NCBI GenBank assembly: GCA_951406725.2
Contig: OX597818.1
Span: 21,390,001-21,454,000 of the forward strand
Direction: 5' to 3'
Length of the DNA: 64,000 bases
DNA from: Octopus vulgaris
Taxonomy: Eukaryota
In this document: in pieces, positions 52,977-64,000 of the stretch
Numbering within the stretch: the stretch's first letter is position 1
Layout of the letters: the number at the start of each line of letters is the position of its first letter
Position numbers and translations under genes: made by a program
Notes under the pieces: generated by a model
What the model saw: only the letters and a program-made list of their open reading frames with translations
Told to the model about the DNA's origin: nothing
Database searches by the model: none

Positions 52977-55900
52977 CTGAAACAAAAGATTCCAGAACAA
53001 TTACTAATTTTCTCTGAATTTCTCTTCTACATTTTTTTTTATAACAGAAACATAAAACTCAAGATTTAACAAGAAATGAAGGAGCCTCTAAATGGGTACC
53101 TGAACCTGCTGGAAATAGCAATAAAAATGCCTTTAAATCACACCATTATCCTCTTAAAGGAAGAAAGGAAAAATTAGGTAATGTAGTACTAAATACATTA
53201 TGTTTGAAAAAAGAAGGCACCCTCCCAGTTGGAATGCTTTTGATGATAAGTCTGCTTTATAATGACACATCTGAGGCTAAACAAAACAAATTTAAGATAT
53301 ATTAATATTTCATAAATATATTACATTATTGCTAAAAACTTCATTTTTATGTACTCAATTAAGTTCACAGAATATTCTGTCACACTTGCCAATCTCATTT
53401 AGAGGTATTTGAACTTGGCATTGCATGTTTAGAAAACATGCATTAATTATCTGAATTAATGGTTCTTAAACAGTGCACACTGGGATGCTGTGAGGTGTAA
53501 TTAGGTGAAGAATGAAAATAAAAAAAATATTTTTAGAAAAAAAAACAAACTATACACTGAAATTCTAAATATAATGTCTTAATATAACACAAAATACACA
53601 CAACAAACAAAAATCAGAGTGGGATTTAAAGGTGTGTTGGAAAAGGAATCAAACTTTTATTTTCTATTTTTGTTATCAAATTTTTTTATGCCAATCCATC
53701 TGAGATTGTCTTTGCTTCTCTGATAAAAACTTCCTGTTTTAAAGTGATCTGAATTAAAATCTTCCATCAAAATATGTTATTAAATTCTTCATTATACAAA
53801 AAATTAATTGAAACAAAGGCAGTATATTCCAACAGAAATATGGTATAAAAAAAAGAACTAAACACATGATTATTGGATTCTTAAGCCATTTATAAAAATA
53901 TTTAAAAAATCATCTAAAATTATTTGAAGAATAATTGGCTTATATGTCCAGTGATCATGGACATAAAGAAAAAGAATCAAGCATATAGAGTTTGTGATTT
54001 TCTTCACTCACTAACATTAAATTCAAGAAAACAATAACAATTTCATTACATTGAAGATGAAATGAGGGGATGTTAATTTGAATATACGTAAGTAGAACAC
54101 AACACCAAAAAACAACAAGCTCATGTTTCTTATTAATAACAATACTTTGTTTATTAAGTCATTATTTCATCACCAATTTATTGAATGATGAATTAGTAAT
54201 GATATAATAAATGTTCTTTATTATTTATATTCATAAGTTAAAAATATAACTTTATTTTAATATATATTCTTACTGTGTGCACAAAGGGTTGCCAAATTGT
54301 TTTTATTTACATTATACCTTTTGTTGCCATTTCTGTTGAAATACACTTTGTTTCAACTAATTTTGAAAATAATGTAGAATTTAGTAAAATAACTGTCATT
54401 ATTAAGGTGGTGTTTGGAACATAAATTAACATGAAATTGTGATGGAAGGTTTTAATTTTGTACCACAGAACCCAAGGCAGTTTCAGGTGGGTTAGCATCA
54501 AAAGGATTAAAGTGTAAACAAGTAAAAATAACTTAAAAATCAGTTCTAAATCAACAACTTAGTACAGGTCCTTGCGAAAGAAATCAATTTAATAATTCAT
54601 TGCAGTAGATATGCAGTGCTTTTTATGAGTCACTTTCTAACATATCCTGGAAAGATAACAAGTAAAGTCAAGCTCTGTGGGAGTTAGCTTTACCTGTTTA
54701 CAAAAGACTTAACTAAATACCTTACAAAAGACATAATACTACATAACATTTTACCCACCACTTCAGACTTTGCCAATTTACTGCCCTGATATAATACTGA
54801 TTTCTAACTTAGGTACATGGACTCAAATTTTGTGGGGAGAATGTAATCAGTTATATTGACTTCAGTACTTGATTGATGTTTATTTCATCTACCCTGGAAA
54901 GATGAATGGCAAAGTCAACTCTGGCAAGATTTGAACTCAGAATGTAAAAGTACACAACTAAATGCCACATATCATTTTGTCCATCAGTCTATTGATTCTG
55001 GTTTCAAAGTTTTTTTTTTTTTAAATTTAGCATTTAGTGCTGGGTTGAAATCCTCTTGTGAGAAGGTCTCATTTAATTAAAACCCTGAAACAAACATATT
55101 TTGTAGACATTCAAAAAAACCTGGGATGAGGTGGAGAAGCATGAGCTTTGAATGTTGGGTCTCACTGAGGTGATGACAAATGACCAAGACCTTTGGAGAT
55201 ATACTGTGCTTGAGAAGACCCAGCAAACCAAGTGAGACTGTAACTGTGACCTATGCCAGTGCAGCATAACTAGCCCATTTAAGACTACCGTTCAATCATT
55301 GGGCAATAAACTGCACTTGCAAAGACCTGTCGAGGCAAGTGAAATTGTTGTTGTGGCTGACGACAGTGCTGCTTGACAGGCTCCTGTGCCCCTGGCATGT
55401 AAAAGGCACCATTTGAGCATGGTCACTGCCAGTGCTGCCTGACTGACTCCCATGCCAGTGGCATGTAAAAAGTACCATTCAAGCGTGGTTGATGCCAGTA
55501 TCACCTGACTGGCCCTCATGTTGGTGGTACGTAAAAAGTACCTATTACACTCTCAGAGTGGTTGGTGTTAGGAAGGGCATCCAGCTGTAGAAAGCTTGCA
55601 GATTGGATTGGAGCCTGGTACAGCCTTCTGGTTGCCAGCCCTCAGTCAAACCGTCCAACTCATGCCAGCATGGAAAGTGGATTTTAAATGACGATGACGA
55701 TTATTTAATTTCAATACCATAATTTTGTAAAATAAAGCTACAGTGAGTTGAATGAATCCAACTGTATGCCTGTACTTATTTGTTATGCCTTCAATCTAAG
55801 ATGTTCTAGCCACATCATATCTCACCTTATTTTCAGACATGGTGTATCTAGGACCACATTATCTTATATGTCCTTATCCTTTTTAGGATAGTAGGGAATG

Positions 55901-56181
55901 ACTTCAGGGAAGTTTGGCTAATTCTATTGAATTGAATCACTAAGTCGGGGCTCTCTTGTTGGTTTGTGATGATGGTAGTGTTATTATTGGTGATATTCGT
56001 ATAGTTAATAGCAATTATGGTGTTTGTGTTGCTGTTCATCAGGTCAAACCTGATTAAGCAGATCTGTGGTGAAAGTCATTCCAGCTATGACCATTCAGTT
56101 TTCTATTCAAACATACTCTATCTAGAACTACATCATATGCTGTGTCATTCCTTATTTTAAAGATAGTATGGTGAGATTTAA

Positions 56182-56960
56182 ATAATATAATAATTGTATA
56201 CAGTGCTCAGGCGCACTACAACTCATCTAAAGTGTATATATAATCAGGTGTAGTTTCGGCGGATTTCGGAAAGCATGAGGGCCTTAAAGGATGCAGTGTC
56301 ATGGCAGTCAACAACTGACACAGGCAGTTTATTCCATGCTTCAGCAACTCTGAGCGTGAAAAAAATGTTTCCGAAAGTCATGGGAACTGTGTTGTTTTCT
56401 GACTTTGTAGGCATGTCCACATGTGTTAGACACATGTAGATCAAAAAGGTGTTCAGTGTTGTTGTTGGTGAGGTGGTTGATAACTTTGTGGGTGTTTACC
56501 AAGTCCGTCGCCAGATGCCGGAGCTTCAGTGAATCCATGCCCAGGGAAACAAGGCGCTCAGAATATGGTAGGTGTCTGATGGAGGGTATGCGTCTGGTTG
56601 CACGTCTCTGGACAGATTCCAGGAGGTCAATGTTCTGAGCAAGATAGGGGTTCCAAACTGATGATGCGAATTCCAAGTGTGGTCGTACCATAGCTGTATA
56701 CAGTTTTAAATAGATGGCTGGAGAGCGGCTAACAAAAGTCTTGCTGAGTGATGCCAAGACACCCTCGGCCTTCTTGACAATTTTAGAGATATGCTTTGTC
56801 CAACGCAAATCACTGCTGACAGTGATGCCTAGGTCACGCTCGCAAGAGGATTTCTTGATATCAGTGTTGTGGAGGGAGTATGTGGACGCAGGGTTTTTTC
56901 TCCCAAAATGCATGGTGGTACACTTGTCCACAGCCAGTTTCAGTTGCCAGTCTGTGATCC
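56182..56960 (-). mobile_element. Second 5'-truncated copy of the same LINE, opposite orientation
   Basis: ORF 56341..56931 differs from the 44816 ORF at about 10 of ~190 aa, with one frameshift in an A-run. Candidate TSD ATTTAA at 56176-56181 and 56961-56966. Confidence 0.95.
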
Positions 56961-57632
56961 ATTTAAGAGAGATTTGGCTGCTATTTCTAACAGGCTGATC
57001 AACCTCATGGATGCTCTTTTACTGACTCATGGGATACTAATTTCATTGATCCATGTGTGGTACTAAACCAATTCTGCCAAATTTTTTATTTTAATGATTA
57101 ACAATTTTCCACATTATCATGAGGCTAAAAATTTGAAAATGATGGGTACATTTGAATAAGTAAACCCAAATCTGGTACTGATTTTAGTAAACTTCAGGAA
57201 TGACAGGAAATGTCTATCCCAGCAAAATTTGATTTCAGAATGAAGCAGAATGTTGTAAAAAAAAAGTATTCCACTATTTCTCATCAAATCAACGAGGGAG
57301 CTTCAGTGATTGCTCAGCCTACTAGAAATAGCAGCCAAATTCCTTTTGATCACATATCTCTACTGCCTTTAAAAAAAAAATGGAAACGATACATTAACAA
57401 TATTGTCTGAAATATATAAGAAAACAGAATGGTCTTGATTAGAAATATCCATGAACACAGGTTTGCTCAACTAGATCTGACTAGGAGCAAAGCAACAATA
57501 ATAATAGCAATCATTTTTCTACTACTCATTCCCCCAACATGTGTTAATTACAATTACAATAGTTGAATGCTCAGGATTCAAAATACTTGGGAAGGAGGTG
57601 AGTAAATATCAAAGGAAAAGATTAAAACTTAC

Positions 57633-57758
57633 CATTCTCAGCTAAATTACACAACAAGTCCAGAACTGCATCTTGTGCACTGTTGCCTTTTGATGACTGC
57701 ATAAAATCTAATACTGATTCATAAGCACCACAGGATGCAATTTTTTCACGCCCAAATT
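57633..57758 (-). CDS. RAP1GDS1: RAP1GDS1 exon (EFGREKIASCG...LLCNLAEN), 126 nt
   Basis: ttctag acceptor, gtaagt donor. Confidence 0.92.
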
Positions 57759-58355
57759 CTAGAAATAGGAGACATCATACGTTATCAGGAAAAGGTTTTA
57801 AAATGTTAACTTTAGTATAACATTTCCTAAGATTGGCACAAGGCCTCAGATGTAAGGGGAGAAGTATTGTGAATTAAACAAATTCATAAACAACAAATCA
57901 TCATCATTGACATTAAGATGGTTTTAACGTCCACTTTTTCATGTTTGCATGGGTCAAACAGAATTCGTTGAGGCAGATTTTCTATGGTTGGATGCTCTTT
58001 CCATTGCCAACTCTCACCTGTTTCCAGGCAAGATAATTATTCCCTAGCCAGAATATAGCTAAGATACAGTTTTGTTTACATAGAATGTGCAGTATGTCAA
58101 GACATGATAAGAAGCCCAAACATGCTTTTGCCATTGAATGCTGTGTGAATAAAAAATTGATATAAATGTAAAGTCTTGAGGCGATTTTAAGTGTTGGTGC
58201 TTAGCTACAAATCCTTTGCATTAGATATGAGAGATAAGTTTTCTATAAATTTTTAATTTGTCTCAATATATACTAGCTCTAAAATAGAAATCAGTTTGAG
58301 ATAATAACTCCAAGACAGAACATTAAGTCTGACAATCAAAGAATTACAAGTTAAA

Positions 58356-58618
58356 GGAGAGTATTGTAGTATTGTTTACGAAGAATAAAATTCCTTCTTC
58401 AGATATTCTTAGATGGAGTCGTTGCTATAATCAGTTTTCCAATGGCTTTAAAAGCCATTGGAAAACCGATTATAGCAATGACTCCATCAAAGAATATCTG
58501 AAGAAGGCATATTATTCCGAAATATCATATCAGACTATGGATGACTAAATTACAACAGGTATATAGCCCATTGTTTGTATTATAGTGCATTGTTGTACCA
58601 TTCAAAACTTTTTATTCT
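58356..58618 (+). mobile_element. Penelope-like foldback insertion with 12-bp TSD
   Basis: TTACAAGTTAAA at 58344-58355 and 58619-58630, a near-perfect palindrome at 58393-58507, and a hammerhead motif. Confidence 0.75.
58494..58530 (+). ncRNA. Minimal type-I hammerhead ribozyme motif
   Basis: ATAT-CTGAAGA-A-GGcAT att ATTCC-GAA-ATAT-C-ATAT. Intact CUGANGA and GAAA core, palindromic ATAT in place of stem III, AUC cleavage triplet. Confidence 0.62.
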
Positions 58619-58944
58619 TTACAAGTTAAAACAATTTAGCAAGGATAGAAACATTGTCAGATCAGATTGGAGCCTAGTGCAGCCTCCTGGCTTGCCAGAC
58701 CCCAGTTAGCATGGAAAACGGATGTTAAACGATGATGATATTCATTCATTCTTTTACTTGTTCAGTCATTTGACTGTGGCCATACTGAAGCACCACCTTG
58801 AAGTCAAACAAATCGACCCCAGGACATACTTTTTTAAAGCCTAGTACTTATTCTATCAGTCTCTTTTGCTGAATTGCTAAGTTATGAGGAAGTAAACACA
58901 CCAACACTGGTGACAGGGGAGGACAAACACAGTCACACACACAC

Positions 58945-58988
<44 letters not shown>

Positions 58989-59155
58989 TATATATATGAC
59001 AAGCTTCTTTCAGTTTCTGTCAATCAAATCCATTCATAAGACTTTAGTTGGCCCAAGGCTATAGTAGAAGACATTTGCCCAAGGTGCCATGCAGTGAGAC
59101 TGAACCCAGAACTGTGTGGTTGGGAAGCAAGCTTCTTACCACACAGCCACGCCTA

Positions 59156-59200
<45 letters not shown>

Positions 59201-59345
59201 TTATATAGAATTAACCATGTGTATCCTGGTTTATAGAATAGGAATACTGTATATTTTGCTTATATGACCTGCAATATACTGGTCTAGTAACCAAGTTATG
59301 TTGCAAATACTGAACTGTCCAGTGATTTCATATATATGATGTAAT

Positions 59346-59761
59346 GCAAACTTCTTATCGTACAGCCAATATTTTTATATGAATTTATGGTTAGCCAATA
59401 TGTTTATATGAATTTATGGTTAGCCAATATGTTTATATGAATTTATGGTTAGCCAATATGTTTATATGAATTTATGGTTAGCCAATATGTTTATATGAAT
59501 TTATGGTTAGCCAATATGTTTATATGAATTTATGGTTAGCCAATATGTTTATATGAATTTATGGTTAGCCAATATGTTTATATGAATTTATGGTTCACAC
59601 ATCATCAGAGGCTTTGTTCATCATTATCACCATCATCATCCTTGATGATATCATGATGATGATGATATCATCAAGGACTATGATGATGATGAACAAAGCC
59701 CTTGATGATGTTTGAACCATAAATTCATATAAACATATTGGCTGTATGATAAGAAGTTTGC
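59346..59761. repeat. Foldback whose left arm contains an 8 x 29-bp tandem array (59364-59595)
   Basis: Unit agccaatatgtttatatgaatttatggtt. The right arm (59665-59761) holds one inverted unit and runs into a SINE head. Confidence 0.93.
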
Positions 59762-60345
59762 TTCCCCACCGCATGGTTTTAGGCTCATGTGTAGGAGCCT
59801 ATACATTAAGCTGTGTAGGAACATGGGCAAGTGTCTTCTACTATAGCCTTAAGCTGACCAATGCTTGTGAGTAGATTTGGTAGATGGAAACTGAAAGAAG
59901 CCCAACCCTTTTTGCGCGTGTGTGTGTTACTGTCTTATTACCTTACCATCAGCGGTGATCTTCATTTCCAATCTTCTGTGAAAACATGTCTAGTTATGAG
60001 GAAATATTACCTTACTTAGAAACAGGTGAGGGTTAGCAACAGGAAGGGCCTCTGACTATAGAAAATCTGCCTCAATAAATTCTGTTTGATTCATGCGAGC
60101 ATGGAAAAGCTGACATTAATGATGATGATGATATGTGACTAAACAAAATGGCATCAAGAAGGGTATCAAGTTATAAAACACTGCCTCAAAATTCCTATCC
60201 AACCCATGTTTGTAAGGAAAAGAGATACAAAAACAATGATGATGATGATGATATAGTATATTACATAAGAAAATTATATAGTTAAATAATAAGAACCTGA
60301 AAATTTAATGTCTTCCTTCCCACTCAAGAAAAAATTGTCACTCAC

Positions 60346-60474
60346 CTGTTTCTGCTAAGCTATCAAGTGCCAACAGAACCATATATGGTAATCCTTCTTC
60401 ATCTGTGTAGTTTTTTAGATAATCTTGTAATATATCCAAGGCACCATTTTCAAGTGCTTTCTTTTGTAGCAAAT
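60346..60474 (-). CDS. RAP1GDS1: RAP1GDS1 exon (NLLQKKALENG...LDSLAET), 129 nt
   Basis: ttcag acceptor, gtgagt donor. Confidence 0.9.
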
Positions 60475-61796
60475 CTGAATATAAAAAAATTTTTTAAATG
60501 AAATATTTAACAATAAAGTAGAACGGATAGTTTTAGGAGAGTTGTTTATTATGACTGATACAGGAGTAAAGGAAGTGAATGTAGGAGAGATATGCATGGA
60601 AGGGAAAAAAGAAAGATAAAAAGAAAAAGATAAACACGAAGAAGAAGGAATAAAGAAAAATCTTCTCAGAAATAATTGAATAAGAAAACAAATAAAGAAT
60701 ATATTTTCTAATTTTTTAATCAGGAGAGACAGGCAGTGTCTATGATTTCATAGACGGCTTTAGTCACCAGTGGGAGAAAGGTATCCTCAAACCAAAGATC
60801 TGGTCTAAATACTTGCAACAAACTGGACTCCAATAAAAGTACTCAAGATGCCAGGTAGTGGTGGATTAAGTCTCCTATCCATAGAAATTAAAACAAATGC
60901 AAGTAAGAGGAAATAAACTAAAAAAGAAAAAACAAAATCAAAAAAGGAGGAAGAGGAGGAACAGTAGAAGAAACAGGTACGGTTAAAAAGTTCACTGAGC
61001 AATCATATGGTTCTAAGTTTGATGCTACTGCATGGGTCTTGAGTCAGCCTTGTGAGTGAAATTGTGTAGACAGCAACTGTGTGGAAGGCCACTGGATGGA
61101 TTATACTTGATCTTGGACCAGTTTGACATCACCACCTAGTCCTTGGTAGCTTTTAGCAGAGTCCACTCTGTTAGATGCATTCAGAATGTCTTTGATCTGA
61201 GAATAATTCAATTTGAGCATGGTGTTTCTTACTTCTGTCCCACAAACAAGAGTTATAGTTTCTTTTTGTCTTTCCATCTCCTGTCTTAAGTAACCGCAAA
61301 GGGCTATGGGCGCAGCCCTTCTCCCTCCTCCTTTGACTAAGCCATTAAAACAGGGGAAAAAACAGAAAGGGGTGAAGGCAGAAAAGATGAAAGAAAGGTG
61401 CAAAGATAGTAAAACAGTATTGATGGATAAATAAGAATGAGAGGGAGAGAGTGCAAAGAAAGAAGATGAAGAGGCAAGGGAAAGAGAAAGGTACTAATAG
61501 AAGAAAGAAGAGAAAGAGAAAAAGAGAGAGAAGAAAGGAGAAAGAAAAATTGAGGAAAACGAAGGTAAAAGGCAAAAGGTTTCATTAATTGTTGTTTAAC
61601 CCAGGTTAGCCCTGGGCCCATAAATAGTTGGCCAAATGGTAAGATGTAATCCATAATTTTTTTATTTACTAAGTCTGATGTATAGAACTTGTGTTTACTA
61701 CATGTAATCCATAGATTGTCTACTTGGTATGATTCACAGATCTAAAAAGAAGGTGTGATAGAAAGAAGTGTTAAGATCTATGATATTTTGACTTAC

Positions 61797-61943
61797 TGTG
61801 AGTGTTGGTGATGTTGAGCAAGAGGCCGCAAGCCACTGTACGGAGTTTGCCTATCTCACCACCTTTGTTGTTGTTGATCTCTCGCATCAGGTCCAGCAAA
61901 GACGTCAACCCATCAGTAGCATCTACACAATTTCGGGCATTGT
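61797..61943 (-). CDS. RAP1GDS1: RAP1GDS1 exon (DNARNCVDATDG...ACGLLLNITNTH), 147 nt
   Basis: tatcag acceptor, gtaagt donor. Overlaps ORF 61771..61983. Confidence 0.93.
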
Positions 61944-63054
61944 CTGATAAAAGCAGAGAAAGAAGAAGAAAAAAGAAAAACATTATTATTAGACTAAGAA
62001 ACTATTAGTATCATTATTGTTATTAAGGTGGCAAGCTGGCTGAATCATTAGCAGAATGAACAAAAATAAATTTCAGGCCTTGTGCCTATTGTAATGATGA
62101 TGATGATGGTCATCGTCGTCATCATCATCATTATTATTATTATCATTAAAGCAGCAAGCTGGCAGAATTGTTAGCACCTCAGACAAAATGCTTAGTGGGT
62201 AGCATTTTTTCTGGTTTCATGTTCTGAGTTCAAATTCCACTGAGGTCAACTTTACCTTTCATTCCATTGGGACTGATAAGCACCAATAAAGCATCGGTCT
62301 TGATGTGATCGACTAGCCCTTCCCCTCAAAATTGCTGGCATTGTGCCAAAATTAGAAAGAATTATTATTCATTTTTTATTAAGGGCAGTGGATAGCAAGG
62401 AATTGGAACATAAAATATCAGTGAAATACCAAAGTAGATTTAAGTGACTGATTTTTCTCTTGAAAATTTTGTCCTTGAGCTTATGTTATGTGGATTATAT
62501 TATTAATATTATTAAGATGGTGAGCTGGCAGAATAGTTAGTGCATCAGATAAAATGCCGAGCAGCATTTCCTCTGATTCTTTACATCCTAAGTTCAAATC
62601 CCACCATGGTGGACAAAATAAAGTATGAGTCTAGAACTCGGGTTGATAGTATCAACTAACCCTCCTCCCCCTCCTCTCCCCAAAGTTGCTAACTTTGTGC
62701 CTAATTTAGAAAAAACAAACAAACAACAACAATTTCCGCCGCTGCCATCAAGAAGCAGGTTAGTTGTGTTGGTTAAAGTGTTAAATATGATAAAATAAGG
62801 TTTTATGACTGCAGCCTTTGCTTTATCATTGTGTTATGGTTGGTGTTTTTTGTTATTATTTTGTTGCTGTCATTGTTGTTAGTGCTGCTGTTGTTGTTTA
62901 TCCTCAGGTCATCTTTGATTCAGCAGACCTACAATCAAAGGAGATCTAGTTGTACATATCTCCTCTTTTATTGAGATATAATGTATCTAGAACTACTTCA
63001 TCAAATGCATCCATCCATTTTAAGATGGTGGGATGCAATCTGAGAGATATTCAG

Positions 63055-63300
63055 AATGACTGAATGAATAAATGGGTGGATGAATGCTTAACTGAATGGA
63101 TAAATGAGTGAATGAATGAATGAATGGATATAGGAATAAATTAATGGTTATTGGATGACTAAACTAATGAATAACTGAATGTATGAATGGTTAAATCCAT
63201 GAATGGGTGAGGAAGGGATGAATGAATGTTGGAATAAATGGATAAATGAATTGAATGACCAAATAAATTAGTTGAATGACTGAAAAATTGAATAAATGAA
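63055..63300. repeat. Degenerate (TGAA/TGGA)n microsatellite
   Basis: Direct inspection. Confidence 0.85.
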
Positions 63301-63334
63301 TTACAATGAAGTACAAATTTCAGAAGGACTTTAC

Positions 63335-63460
63335 CGTTTTCATAACATATGTTGCCTAGGGCTCTGCAAGCTTGAACAGCTTTATTTGTATCTGAACTCT
63401 GTAGCATTTTCACCAATACTGGAACCATATCACCATCTACAAATGGCTGCCGTAAAGATT
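63335..63460 (-). CDS. RAP1GDS1: RAP1GDS1 exon (ESLRQPFVDGD...CRALGNICYEN), 126 nt
   Basis: ttaaag acceptor, gtaaag donor. Overlaps ORF 63159..63500. Confidence 0.93.
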
Positions 63461-64000
63461 CTTTAAGAAAAAAAAAACAAAAACAAATGACAAAAATCAA
63501 AGAGAAACGTTAAATGCTTATTAGCTAGTATAAAGTGAGATTTGTAATTAAAGTTAAGACAGACACAAGAAAATGATTTAATTTTTTGTTTCAAAAAGTT
63601 AAAATTTATAAAAAGATTATGTATACTCAAAAGTGAGAAAAAAACAAAAAAACAAACAAAACCTTACAACAACAAAACACAAAAAAAACAAAATGTTTAA
63701 AATCTTTTACTGAGAATTGAGAAGAATTCTGTTTTGTTGATGGAAGTATCCGGATAATCCAACAAATACAAAGTAACTTGATTCAGTGTCTATTTGGTAA
63801 TATTATACATGTGGCATTTAGTCAATACTTGTTAATTCAGGATTACATTGGTCATCATTCCTTATTATTATTATTGTTGTTATTATCGAAAATGGTGGAT
63901 GACAGAATTGGTAGTAGATTCCCAAACAAAACCTCTTGTAATATTTAGTTAAACCCAGAAAGGTCAGCTTTACTTTTCATGATTCTGGGATTGATAAGAT

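Larger units (their letters stand above)
32525..63460 (-). other. RAP1GDS1: RAP1GDS1/SmgGDS gene, last 12 coding exons (5' exons lie beyond the window)
   Basis: Spliced translation contains SmgGDS hallmark segments: RALGNICYEN, KTSSDLIVLLLTGDKSM, GALAIGNFARND, LSALRNLAIP, FKLLGALRMLVD, EHAGVKGEATRLLA and HLVTMATSEHVLMQNEALIAL. Confidence 0.95.

Noticed and set aside
59364-59595. CRISPR-like 29-bp repeats
   Set aside because: The units are head-to-tail with no spacers, there are no cas genes, and the context is a eukaryotic intron.
61337-61654. F/L/S-rich membrane-protein-like ORFs
   Set aside because: They are translations of a purine-rich low-complexity tract inside a RAP1GDS1 intron.

Overview
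This is AT-rich, repeat-dense eukaryotic (metazoan) genomic DNA. The SINE and microsatellite landscape looks like an octopus/cephalopod genome (inference). It is not prokaryotic: there are no operons, CRISPR arrays, rRNA or true tRNA genes, and most ORF-track entries are spurious. I reconstructed two convergent multi-exon genes by hand from GT-AG splice sites. (1) On the + strand at 4365-16736 is the 3' part of an RNA-binding protein with two RRMs (nucleolin/hnRNP-like), a G/Y/N/Q-rich tail and two alternative C-termini. (2) On the - strand at 63460-32525 is the 3' part (12 coding exons) of RAP1GDS1/SmgGDS, an armadillo-repeat chaperone/GEF for small GTPases. Introns and the intergenic region hold piggyBac deletion derivatives and MITEs (TTAA TSD), a mariner remnant, CR1/L2-type and RTE LINE fragments, many tRNA-derived SINEs, Penelope-like hairpins and microsatellites. 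Four observations stand out. A Penelope-like foldback insertion carries a minimal hammerhead ribozyme motif and a 12-bp TSD. An inverted pair of young LINEs brackets three in-frame exons, a candidate for circRNA formation and ADAR editing. A 147-nt exon matches the vertebrate SmgGDS-607/558 switch exon. A stop-containing cassette exon swaps the C-terminus of the RRM protein. I found no clear evidence of a wholly new multi-gene system.
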